From Bacteroidales bacterium (GTDB lineage: Bacteria; Bacteroidota; Bacteroidia; Bacteroidales; JAADJA01), in assembly GCA_021740645.1 (NCBI GenBank), contig JAIOZL010000029.1, positions 1,725 through 65,724 on the forward strand: a DNA stretch of 64,000 bases, in the 5' to 3' direction. The translations under genes were made by a program, and so were the position numbers. Under the pieces are notes generated by a model. That model made no database searches. It saw only the letters and a list, made by a program, of their open reading frames with translations, and was not told the origin of the DNA. Numbering within the stretch: position 1 is the stretch's first letter; every line of letters begins with the position of its first letter. Below, in pieces: positions 48,719 to 58,100 of this stretch.

Positions 48719-49270
48719 ATAGCTAAGCAATTCAATAGAGGTAGAGGGTTTATTAGAAGAGTTAAAGAAGAACCCTTTAAAGTTAACAACCGCATAGCTG
48801 CACCTATGGTGCGGTTGGTAGGTGAAAATATAGAACCAGGAATATTTTCTTTGAGAGATGCCCTGAATATGGCTGAAAACCTCGAACTCGACCTCGTGGA
48901 AATAAGCCCGACAGCAAATCCTCCTGTGTGTAAGATAATTGATTATAAAAAATTCATTTACGACAGAAAGAAGAAACAGAAAGAAATTAAAGCAAAAACT
49001 CAGAAAGTAGTAATTAAAGAAATTAGGCTTGGCCCAAATACAGATGACCATGACTTTAACTTTAAATTAAAACATGCAGAGAAGTTTTTAACTGACGGTG
49101 CAAAAGTCAAAGTGGATGTTTTTTTCAAAGGAAGGTCAATTGTATACAAAGACCAGGGAAAAATTATCCTGTTAAGATTTGCACAGGAACTGGAAGAGTT
49201 TGCAAAAGTAGAACAACTCCCAAAGCTAGAGGGAAAAAGAATGATCATGCTATTAAGTCCGAAGAAATAA
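48719..49270 (+). CDS. infC: Translation initiation factor IF-3, probable non-AUG (ATA) start
   Basis: The conserved IF-3 N-terminus (..[17 protein letters not shown]..) extends upstream of the first ATG (48806). The frame is open back to 48701. AGGAGG at 48706-48711 lies 7 nt before the ATA at 48719, and an ATT at 48701 is the alternative start. Confidence 0.85.
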   Translation: MAKQFNRGRGFIRRVKEEPFKVNNRIAAPMVRLVGENIEPGIFSLRDALNMAENLELDLVEISPTANPPVCKIIDYKKFIYDRKKKQKEIKAKTQKVVIKEIRLGPNTDDHDFNFKLKHAEKFLTDGAKVKVDVFFKGRSIVYKDQGKIILLRFAQELEEFAKVEQLPKLEGKRMIMLLSPKK

Positions 49271-49295
49271 CATTTTTAATATAAATTTTGAAGTA

Positions 49296-49490
49296 ATGCC
49301 AAAAATGAAAACGAAATCCGGAGCTAAAAAACGTTTTACGTTTACCGGATCAGGGAAATTGAAAAGAAAGCATGCTTACAAAAGCCACATCTTAACTAAA
49401 AAGTCAAAGAAGCGCAAACGGAACCTCGGTTACTTTGCAATCGTTGATAAAGCAGATGACGGCAACATACGAAGTATGCTTGGGAAGTAA
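49296..49490 (+). CDS. rpmI: 50S ribosomal protein L35
   Basis: [14 protein letters not shown]..., 64 aa. Confidence 0.95.
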   Translation: MPKMKTKSGAKKRFTFTGSGKLKRKHAYKSHILTKKSKKRKRNLGYFAIVDKADDGNIRSMLGK

Positions 49491-49570
49491 TTAAAATTAT
49501 TGTTTAACTTTCTTTTAGCCGGTAAAGGGTCCACGAAATGTGGAACGCTAAAGCGAAAAATTAAAAAAGT

Positions 49571-49915
49571 ATGCCACGATCAGTAAATGCAGTAGCATCA
49601 CGTGCCCGAAGGAAAAAGGTCCTTAAGAAAGTTAAGGGTCAATTCGGAAGACGTAAAAACGTTTGGACGGTGGCCAAAAATGCATACGAAAAAGGACAAC
49701 AGTATGCATTCCGCGACAGACGTACAAAAAAGAGGACCTTTAGGGGCCTCTGGATCCAAAGGATCAATGCAGCAGTCCGTGAATATGATATGTCATATTC
49801 AGAGTTTATGGGCAAGTTGCATGCAAAAGAAATCGACATCAGCCGCAAGACGCTTGCCGATCTTGCCATGAATAATCCCGAAGCCTTCAAGGCGATAGTG
49901 GATGCAGTAAAATAA
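49571..49915 (+). CDS. rplT: 50S ribosomal protein L20
   Basis: [19 protein letters not shown]..., 114 aa. Confidence 0.95.
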   Translation: MPRSVNAVASRARRKKVLKKVKGQFGRRKNVWTVAKNAYEKGQQYAFRDRRTKKRTFRGLWIQRINAAVREYDMSYSEFMGKLHAKEIDISRKTLADLAMNNPEAFKAIVDAVK

Positions 49916-49946
49916 AAAAGTCCGGCATTAAGCCGGATTTTTTTTT
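49916..49946 (+). terminator. Rho-independent terminator of the thrS-infC-rpmI-rplT operon
   Basis: The stem is tccggc-attaa-gccgga, followed by 9 T. Confidence 0.75.
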
Positions 49947-50024
49947 ACTTTTAGCTCCTAAAATAATTCTCAGGGATTATCGTTTGTTCTATTCAAATGA
50001 GGGATATTAATTAATATTTAATTA

Positions 50025-51077
50025 GTGAAAAAAATAAGGCTACCAGTATTTATTCTCTTCGTTGTTTTATACCTGCCCGCGATTAGTCAAATTGGGGGAA
50101 ATAATGTTTACCAGGTTTATAATTTAACGCCTTCCCCACGAATTGCTGCTATGGGTGGAGACTTTTTGGCCATTAACGATAATGACGTTTTGTTGGCATA
50201 CGCCAATCCTTCGCTGATAAATAGCGAAATGCACAACCATCTGGGTGCAAGCTTCGTGAATTATTTTGCTTCAACCAATTATGGTTTAGCTACCTATTCT
50301 CGCACATTTAATGAAATTGGAAGTTTTGCCGGATCGGTAAAATACATTAGTTATGGTGAGTTTGACGGGGCTGATGTGGCAGGTAACCGCACAGGTTCTT
50401 TTTATGCTGGCGAAACTGCTGTAAACCTCGGTTGGGGCCGGCAACTTGATTCCTCTTTCTCCATCGGATCGAACCTGAAATTTATTTATGCTTCAAACGA
50501 GGGTTATACCTCTTATGGCCTTGCTGTGGATGTAGCGGGAAGTTATACCAACAGCGACAAAAGTTTTACGGCATCCCTAATTGCAAAAAATATTGGACGT
50601 CAGTTAAAAGCTTTCGAGGGCGGCAATCAGGAACCACTCCCGTTTGAAATACAATTGGGTTTATCCAAACGATTAAAACATTTGCCCTTCCGTTATTCCA
50701 TCTTATTAAACCACCTTCAAAAATGGGATTTGAGTTATGATAGTCCGGGCACCCAGCAAGTCGACCCGATTTCAGGTGAGGTAATTGGCAAATCAGAATT
50801 TGAACAGATCGCAGACAATTTCATGCGCCATGTCGTTTTTGGAGGCGAATTGTTGATCGGTAAAAATATTAGCCTGATGGCAGGCTATAATTACAAGCGC
50901 CGCCAGGAAATGAAAATTGAATCGAAAACCGGTATGGTAGGGTTTTCGTGGGGGCTCGGAATAAAAGTCTCAAAATTTCATATCAGTTATGCCCGCTCTG
51001 CTTACCACCAGGCAGGCTCACCCAATTACATCGCCATTACAACAAACCTTTCTGACTTTTTCATTACAGGGAATTAG
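50025..51077 (+). CDS. porQ: T9SS outer-membrane protein PorQ (probable)
   Basis: 350 aa with a signal peptide and a beta-barrel pattern. The N-terminal GG..VY....L.PS.RIAAMGG......D.D......NP.L motif resembles PorQ, from memory. GTG start. Confidence 0.55.
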   Translation: MKKIRLPVFILFVVLYLPAISQIGGNNVYQVYNLTPSPRIAAMGGDFLAINDNDVLLAYANPSLINSEMHNHLGASFVNYFASTNYGLATYSRTFNEIGSFAGSVKYISYGEFDGADVAGNRTGSFYAGETAVNLGWGRQLDSSFSIGSNLKFIYASNEGYTSYGLAVDVAGSYTNSDKSFTASLIAKNIGRQLKAFEGGNQEPLPFEIQLGLSKRLKHLPFRYSILLNHLQKWDLSYDSPGTQQVDPISGEVIGKSEFEQIADNFMRHVVFGGELLIGKNISLMAGYNYKRRQEMKIESKTGMVGFSWGLGIKVSKFHISYARSAYHQAGSPNYIAITTNLSDFFITGN

Positions 51078-51230
51078 GTTTTAATTGTGATAAGTTATAC
51101 CCTCCCGGAGAAACCCGTTGGTTTATAATGAAGGGAGGTGAGGCAAAATTACATTATCAATTAATTCTATAGCATTAGCTTGAGTATGTTTATTATAGAT
51201 CATTAACACTCTAATTTAGTAAAATCATCA

Positions 51231-51640
51231 ATTGCAGGATATTGGAATCGATACTATTTTACCAAATGAATTATAAAGAGTAGAGAATTTAACATCCACT
51301 TTTACTTAATGATCAAGAACTTTCTTAGCATATCGTTTTGTATGAACTGCTCACCTTGCATCAGTTTTAGTAATCGATTAATACCATTCGTCTTCAATAT
51401 CCTTATAACACTTAATTCAGATATTTTTATATCGTGATAGCGTTACATATACCTGGTTATTCTAAAAGCACCTATTTGATAGTTGTTTCTTAGTTCGATT
51501 ACTTTATCAACTACTTCTTGAGGTTTTTTTCAGGATGGTTTTTTGCTATAGGTTTCTTTCTTTTTAATCCTTCTTCACCTTCTAAATGATATTTCTTTTT
51601 CCATTCACAATAGGTAGTTCTGGTGATACAATATTATGAA
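51231..51640 (-). mobile_element. Decayed N-terminal fragment of an IS481-like (rve-type DDE) transposase gene
   Basis: The minus-strand translation across 3 frames reads ..YCEWKKKYHLEGEEGLKRKKPIAKNHPEK / PQEVVDKVIELRNNYQIGAFRITRYM*RYHDIKISELSVIRILKTNGINRL / KRYAKKVLDH*VKVDVKF.. There are at least 2 frameshifts and 2 in-frame stops, and the catalytic core is absent. Confidence 0.5.
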
Positions 51641-51680
51641 AGAATGTAATGGAAAAGACATTTATTTGAATCAAAATTAA

Positions 51681-51983
51681 AATTGTCCGATTAATAGGGG
51701 GCTAAACCAGGAAGTACATGAAGAATTAGTATGTTATCCAAATCCATTTAAAGAAAAAGTTACTATTCTTCAAAGTTTGCCGAACAACATTGATCCTGGG
51801 AATATTTTGATTTACAATATTTCAGGTGAATTTATTAATAAACTGAAGATTGAAAAAAGTGGTGTTAAGAATGGTTATAAGACTTCCTGGGATGGCAAAG
51901 ACAAGAATGGAAGCAAAGTAAAACCAAGTATTTATTATTTAAGAATTGACAACGAAGTTTTCAAAGTTATATTAACCAATTAA
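51681..51983 (+). pseudogene. Orphan T9SS C-terminal sorting domain (remnant of a truncated cargo gene)
   Basis: The frame reads ..EVHEELVCYPNPFKEKVTILQS...ILIYNISGEFINKLKI...PSIYYLRIDNEVFKVILTN. There is no upstream body. The last 16 aa are identical to the tail of the next gene. Confidence 0.6.
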
Positions 51984-52020
51984 ATCAATTATCATGAGAA
52001 AATTGATCTTTTTAATCGCA
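51921..52020 (+). repeat. Direct repeat copy 1 (sorting-domain tail, intergenic spacer and signal-peptide start)
   Basis: About 92 of 100 nt are identical to 53329-53428 by manual alignment. Confidence 0.8.
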
Positions 52021-53391
52021 ATATTTACTCTGGTTTTTTTACAATCATTTGCTCAAATATCACGTGGACCCGAAATAGGTGAGATATATTTTATTGGCTC
52101 AACGGAAACATATTATGGATTGTATCATTCTACTGATTTTGGACAAACAGCAATTTGTAAGGATAGTGTGAGCCCTATTTCATCCTTTACAGCAGATAAA
52201 ACTCCCGGAGGCGTTTATTATTTTGCTTATCCCAATGAATTATATTATTCTGATAACTATGGAAATTCTGATAGTTGGGAGTTTAAATATTCAGATTTAT
52301 TATTAAGTTCTAAAATATTGAGTGGTGTTGAAGAAGGCCACATTTTTTCCGGAAGCTATATGCATAGTGAAGATTTTGGTGAAAATTTTATTATACATGA
52401 AGGAAATGGTTTTTTTGGAAACTGGAAAAGAGCAACCATTGATAACGCACAGGAAAATATTGGATATAGTTATTCAAGCAAATCTGCCGTTGCTGATTCC
52501 ATCTATATTTTCAGGTCATACGATTATTTTAATAACCTTGAACTCATCCATCAATTAAATTATCATTGGAGTGAACTAATATTGTTTGCAAGGGGGTTCA
52601 TTGGGGGTGAAGTATTTGTTTTTAACTTTACAAGGAATAATTTATGGGTAAGCTATGATTATTTCGAAAATTTTGAAATTGTAGAATCTTTCAATTTTCC
52701 AGATTTCAGTTTTGCTGGATTGGAAGGTGGTAATATTGCAGGTGAGATATTTTTACTTTATGGTAAAACCAATAACTGGCCACACAGTCGGAACACTTAT
52801 ATCCTGCACTCTACCGACTACGGTATTACCTTTGATGTTTATCACCCTTTTGCCAGCGGCAATGAACCTTCCATTGCAAATTTTTCAACGATTGATAAGG
52901 AGGTGCTTTTGCTTTCTGAGGTTGAATTTGATAATTTTTCCATTGGAAGCGATCTTGAATATCAATGGGATTTTGAAAATAACGGTACCATTGATTCTTT
53001 CGAAGAGTTCCCGATTCATACTTACCAGGATACAGGTTATTATTCAGTCAGCCTTACCGTAGTGGGACAGGATAGTTCAAATACTTTTATTAAGGAAAAT
53101 TATATCCATGTAATCGATACCATAACGAGTGTAGATCAAAACGAGGGGTTTAGATTAGAAGTATTTCCCAACCCTTTCTCTTATAATTTAACTATAAAAA
53201 CTATTAACCCTTTAGGTAATAATCAAACAATTGAGATATACAATGCCTGTGGAGAAATAGAGAAAAAAGTAAAATTGAATGATCAGGTTTATATCTGGGA
53301 CGGGTGCAACAGTTATGGTAAAAAATGTAAACCAGGTATTTATTATTTAAGAATTGACAACGAAGTTTTTAAAGTTATATTAACCAATTAA
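51994..53391 (+). CDS. T9SS cargo: Asp-box (BNR-like) beta-propeller, PKD domain and type A sorting domain
   Basis: Signal peptide. Motifs of the S.D.G..F type (STDFGQTA, SEDFGENF, STDYGITF). PKD region (WDFENNGTIDSFEEFPIHTYQDTGYYSVSLTV). Sorting-domain tail (VFPNPFSYNLTIK...GIYYLRI). Confidence 0.65.
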   Translation: MRKLIFLIAIFTLVFLQSFAQISRGPEIGEIYFIGSTETYYGLYHSTDFGQTAICKDSVSPISSFTADKTPGGVYYFAYPNELYYSDNYGNSDSWEFKYSDLLLSSKILSGVEEGHIFSGSYMHSEDFGENFIIHEGNGFFGNWKRATIDNAQENIGYSYSSKSAVADSIYIFRSYDYFNNLELIHQLNYHWSELILFARGFIGGEVFVFNFTRNNLWVSYDYFENFEIVESFNFPDFSFAGLEGGNIAGEIFLLYGKTNNWPHSRNTYILHSTDYGITFDVYHPFASGNEPSIANFSTIDKEVLLLSEVEFDNFSIGSDLEYQWDFENNGTIDSFEEFPIHTYQDTGYYSVSLTVVGQDSSNTFIKENYIHVIDTITSVDQNEGFRLEVFPNPFSYNLTIKTINPLGNNQTIEIYNACGEIEKKVKLNDQVYIWDGCNSYGKKCKPGIYYLRIDNEVFKVILTN

Positions 53392-53428
53392 ATCTAATAT
53401 CATGAGAAAATTGACCTTTTTAATTGTA
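53329..53428 (+). repeat. Direct repeat copy 2
   Basis: See 51921-52020. Here the repeat joins the 465-aa gene to the truncated C25 fragment. Confidence 0.8.
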
Positions 53429-53704
53429 CTTATTTGTTCAATTCAATTTGTAGGCTCACAAAACTGGATTGAGTTTGCAACATCCGAATCCACTGTTCCG
53501 CTGTGTGATGTTACAACATCAACAGACACCCTCGTGGAACTTGAAATTACCGTACCGGGGATGTTTTCAACAGCGGTTGATTCGTTTAACCGGGTGAGGG
53601 TCGAAGAACATTTTTTAACGGATTCTGTCGGGTTTCCAGAAATGCCTGTAATTTCGTTTCTTGTAGCAATACCTGAATGTGTTAATGTCAATAATGTTAC
53701 TTAA
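53402..53704 (+). pseudogene. Truncated N-terminal (propeptide) fragment of a gingipain-like C25 peptidase gene
   Basis: 100 aa, collinear with and clearly similar to residues 1-95 of the 1663-aa protein (NWIEFATSES...VELEITVPGMFSTAVDSFNRV...GFPEMPVISFLVAIPEC). It then stops. Confidence 0.6.
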
Positions 53705-53734
53705 CTTTACATTTCGTTCTAAAACCTTTTTGAT

Positions 53735-55144
53735 ATGAAAAATTTAATCCTGCTTTCGTTAATATTTTTCAGTTTTACTTCTTATTCCCAGGAAATAACC
53801 CGGGGCCCCGAAATAGGCGAAATCTATTTTATGGGACCAACAACCACAGTTTTATACGATGCTATTTATCACTCCTCTGATTTTGGTGAAAGTGTAGTTT
53901 GTATGGATAGTGTTACTTGTACAACAACCATTATAGGTGCAATAACAGCAGACAAAACTTCTGGGGGATTGTATTATAACAATATATCGGACGCATTATA
54001 TTATTCAGGCAACTACGGTATATATGGTACATGGGAGCAAAATAATTCAGATATTGGAAATGTATTGCATTCCGGGATTATAGAAGGACACATATATTAT
54101 GCAGCATTTAAACATAGTGAGGATTATGGTTTAAATTTTACTAATCATCAATTGAATAATTATTATGGTATTTACAGAGAATCCGAAATAGGATATAATG
54201 ATAAAAGCTATTTGATGACATATGACCTCGATCCAACTGATACAGTTTATTTTTTTATTAGCTACGATAGTTTTGATAATTTAGAGATAGTTAATACATT
54301 CAATGTGAGTGGTTATGGACTGTATGATCTAAGTTTTGGCTTTAATAATGGTGATTTGTTTTTTTATAACTCAATAAACAAAGACCTATATTTTTCAAAC
54401 AATGATGGCTTTGCCTGGGTGAAGAAAAACACATTTTCCTGTCCAAACCTGCCTATATTAGGGATTACAGGAGGCAGGCAGGATGGGGAATTATACATGC
54501 TGGTTGAGTATTTACAAATGACGGGGCAACGAAGGCATGTTTACATCTACCATAGTCTTGATAATGGAGAGTCTTTTACAGTACACCATCCGGTTTCTAT
54601 TGGCCCGAATCCAATATATGCGAATTTTATTGCTGAAGACACACTTGTTGAACCTGGTGATACTGTCCAATTTATAGATTTATCAAATGATGCTGAAACC
54701 TGGGAATGGGATTTCAATAATGACGGAACAATAGAATCTTATGAGCAAAATCCAACTTATATTTACCAGGATACGGGTTATTATACAGTAAAACTTATTA
54801 TTACAGGTGTGGTGGTTGAAGATTACGGAATCAGGAATGACTATATTCATGTGGACGATTTGACTAATACTAATTTAGTAGAAAGTAAGACAGAAGAAAT
54901 TAATATCTACCCAAATCCAGTAACTGGTAATTTTAATATTTCAATTGACACTAACTCAGAAAGGATTATAAATCTTTGCATATATAATTCAAATGGAGAG
55001 TTGGTTCGATTTTTTGATTTAAATAATGAAAACCAACAAAGTGCAATTTCAATTTCTTTAGCTGACTTACAGGATGGAATCCATTTACTGAAAATTAATA
55101 CACCAAATAAATCCCAAATAAAAAAAATCATCATAATCCATTAA
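53735..55144 (+). CDS. T9SS cargo, paralog of 51994-53391 (Asp-box propeller, PKD domain and sorting domain)
   Basis: Same architecture and motifs (RGPEIGEIYFMG, SSDFGESV, SEDYGLNF, SLDNGESF, WDFNNDGTIESYEQNPTYIYQDTGYYTVKLII, IYPNPVTGNF). Confidence 0.65.
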   Translation: MKNLILLSLIFFSFTSYSQEITRGPEIGEIYFMGPTTTVLYDAIYHSSDFGESVVCMDSVTCTTTIIGAITADKTSGGLYYNNISDALYYSGNYGIYGTWEQNNSDIGNVLHSGIIEGHIYYAAFKHSEDYGLNFTNHQLNNYYGIYRESEIGYNDKSYLMTYDLDPTDTVYFFISYDSFDNLEIVNTFNVSGYGLYDLSFGFNNGDLFFYNSINKDLYFSNNDGFAWVKKNTFSCPNLPILGITGGRQDGELYMLVEYLQMTGQRRHVYIYHSLDNGESFTVHHPVSIGPNPIYANFIAEDTLVEPGDTVQFIDLSNDAETWEWDFNNDGTIESYEQNPTYIYQDTGYYTVKLIITGVVVEDYGIRNDYIHVDDLTNTNLVESKTEEINIYPNPVTGNFNISIDTNSERIINLCIYNSNGELVRFFDLNNENQQSAISISLADLQDGIHLLKINTPNKSQIKKIIIIH

Positions 55145-55155
55145 ATTCTATAATA

Positions 55156-58100
55156 ATGAAAACAAGAACTTTATTTTTGGCATTACTGATTATTTCTTTT
55201 ACAGCAAATTCTCAGGATTGGATCGAATTTGCAGCAAGTGAAAGTACAAAACCAAATTATGAACTATTAAAATCAACAGACACAATTGTAGAATTTGAGA
55301 TTAATGTTCCCGGGATGTTTTCCACTGCTATTGATACTTTTAATAGGGTGCTGATAAAGGAACATTCGAGAATGGATTCTGTCGGGTACCCTGAAATACC
55401 CATAATATCTTATCTGGTGGCTATCCCTTCATGCGATAGTGTAATCTTGAATATTGAAGTATCGGATTCTATAAAATACACCAATATGAATATTTACCCT
55501 GCAGCTGAAATTGTAGAAGATTCAACAGGTGATGGTGTAAAGTACCTGAGGGAGGAGTTTGAATACAACGAAGTAGCCTATTCTAATAACAGTTTTTTTC
55601 CTGGCATTTTTGCAGAGACCCTGGAAAAAGGCAATGTAAGGACCCAGCACTGTATTAGTGTCCGTATTTTTCCTGTGCAGTTTAATCCTGCGTTGCATGA
55701 AATTAATGCATATTCAAAAATAAAAGTGACTTTAACTTTCGAAAACCCTACAGGCCAGGTAAATGAAAACGTTGGAATATTCAATGAAATGCTTGGAAAT
55801 ACTATGATCAATTATTTTTCAAATGGTTTGAATGCCTCGGTTAGCTGCGGGGCCGGCGATGGAACATGTCATGAGGACTTTTGGATTACATCCCTGCCCA
55901 ATGATAAAATTGATGACCCTTGTGATTACTTAATAATAACACCCGCGGGATTTTTTGGGAACACTGATATAAACAGCCTGGCCATGCACCGGGAAATGTT
56001 TAATGGTTTTGATGTAAAAATAGTTTCCACTGATGTTATATATTCAGAGATGCCAAATGACTTGCCTTACAAACAAATTTGGAATTTAATAAGAAATACA
56101 TATAATGATGGCATTGCTAATAATACTTTTGATGGCAAATTAGCTTATGTAAATCTTTTTGGTGATGTAGAACTTGAAAACAACCAAGATGATGGAATTC
56201 CCACTTATAGTACAGGATTTGACATCTATTTTACTCAGCTAACCATACCAGCTGGTCAAAATAATCCCGATCCCTACCCAGACCTTATGATAGGCCGCTG
56301 TAGTGCTGATAGCGAAGAACAGGTAGGGAATATAGTTGCCAAGATTTTGAACTATAACCCTCAAGACTACCTGTATAAAAATGAGATGCTATCGGTAGTG
56401 GGATTTGAACATGACAATCATTCTTATCTTTCGCAAAGCAGTGTTTTAAACGATATTATTGAGATTGATGGGAACGAAATATATAATAAAACTTGCCTGG
56501 TAACCTCAGATTATAATGCTCAGGGTTACGAAATTCCCCTTGAATGGACCTTATCTAATCCATGTACTCCTTGGAATTTAATAAATGAAATTATGATAGA
56601 AAACCCGGGTGACGGTAAAATGTTTGTTTTCTATATTGGTCATGGTAGTGATAAAAATTGGTATTTGGAGGATAACTCATCATCTAATACTTTTCATTAT
56701 GGGTATTTAGGAGCTATTGAAAGTGGTCTATCATTTATATTGTCTGCAGCATGCTTAACAGGGGGATTCCATAATACAGATGATTGTATGGCAGAGCGGT
56801 TTTTATGTTATGATGCCAACAATAAAGGATCTATAGGATTCGCCGGTGCTTCGAAACCAACATCAATTGGAATTTGGAAATTGCCTAAATATTTTTTCAA
56901 TTCGTATATGACGAATTATTCTTTTGTAATGGGCGAATCAATAATGGAGATTAAAATAGCAAAGTGGTATAATACAACAAATCATAATTGGTGTAAGGAT
57001 TTAAATCTTTTCGGCGATCCGGCATTAAATTTAAAATATGAAAACAGTGAAATTATTAATCCGGATTTAACACTAAAAGATTTTGAGATAACATTTCAAC
57101 CCGATCCGGTAAATTGGGGTGATAATGTTAATATTGAGGCTAAGATAAGAAATATTACGAGGATAAATACAACAACCGATTTCATTGTTCACTGTTATAT
57201 TGGAGAACCGGGAGAACCGGGCACCATTGAAATTGGACAATATACAATTAACGGAATTGAAGGCAACCACCAGGAAATTGCACAATTTACATGGGAAACT
57301 GAAAACTTTGAACCGGATATTTACGATATATATATTTATATTGATCCTGAAAATAATATTAATGAAGAAGATGAAACCAATAATATAAACCATTCATCAA
57401 GGGCGATCTATCATTTTTATGCGAATTTCCCTGTAAGTAACAATATGAATTCAAATGCACATGTAATAACTTTCGATTTATACGATGAGTATTATGGACA
57501 GGAGATTATTTTCGGTAAGAGCATTTTTTCAACCGAAGGACTTCAAATTAATCCCTTTTCGGGTATATCAGTAGGGAATTCATGCATAGCAAATTTAACC
57601 AATAATGAAAATTACCAGATAATTCAAATCCACAAAACCCCAAATCCTAAAGTTGTATCCACAGGAAACCCTTCATGGCAATATGATATTTCAGGAACTA
57701 AATATTCACCTGTTGTATTTGATATTAATAATGATGGAATGGAGGAAGTGCTTTGTTTAATATTGGATAATAATTCGAGCAGTCTTCTGTGTCTTAATTT
57801 TGATGGTACCTTGCGATGGGAAATGGATGAAATCAGTGATCCTCCAGCCCAAGTCTACATTGATCCTATGGTTGGAAATTTTAACGGGCAACAAAATTCT
57901 ATTATTTTATTGAATAAAGATGGGACCTTTTTAAATATAATAGAGACTTCAACAGGAATTCCGGAAATTTCAAATTCTTATACAATCCCTAATCTTATTG
58001 CAGTTGAATCGGTCCCGGTTGCTTCCGACATTAACAAGGATGGAGAAATCGAAATAATTATTATTTATCGGGTTCAAATACAACACCAAGATATTCGTTT

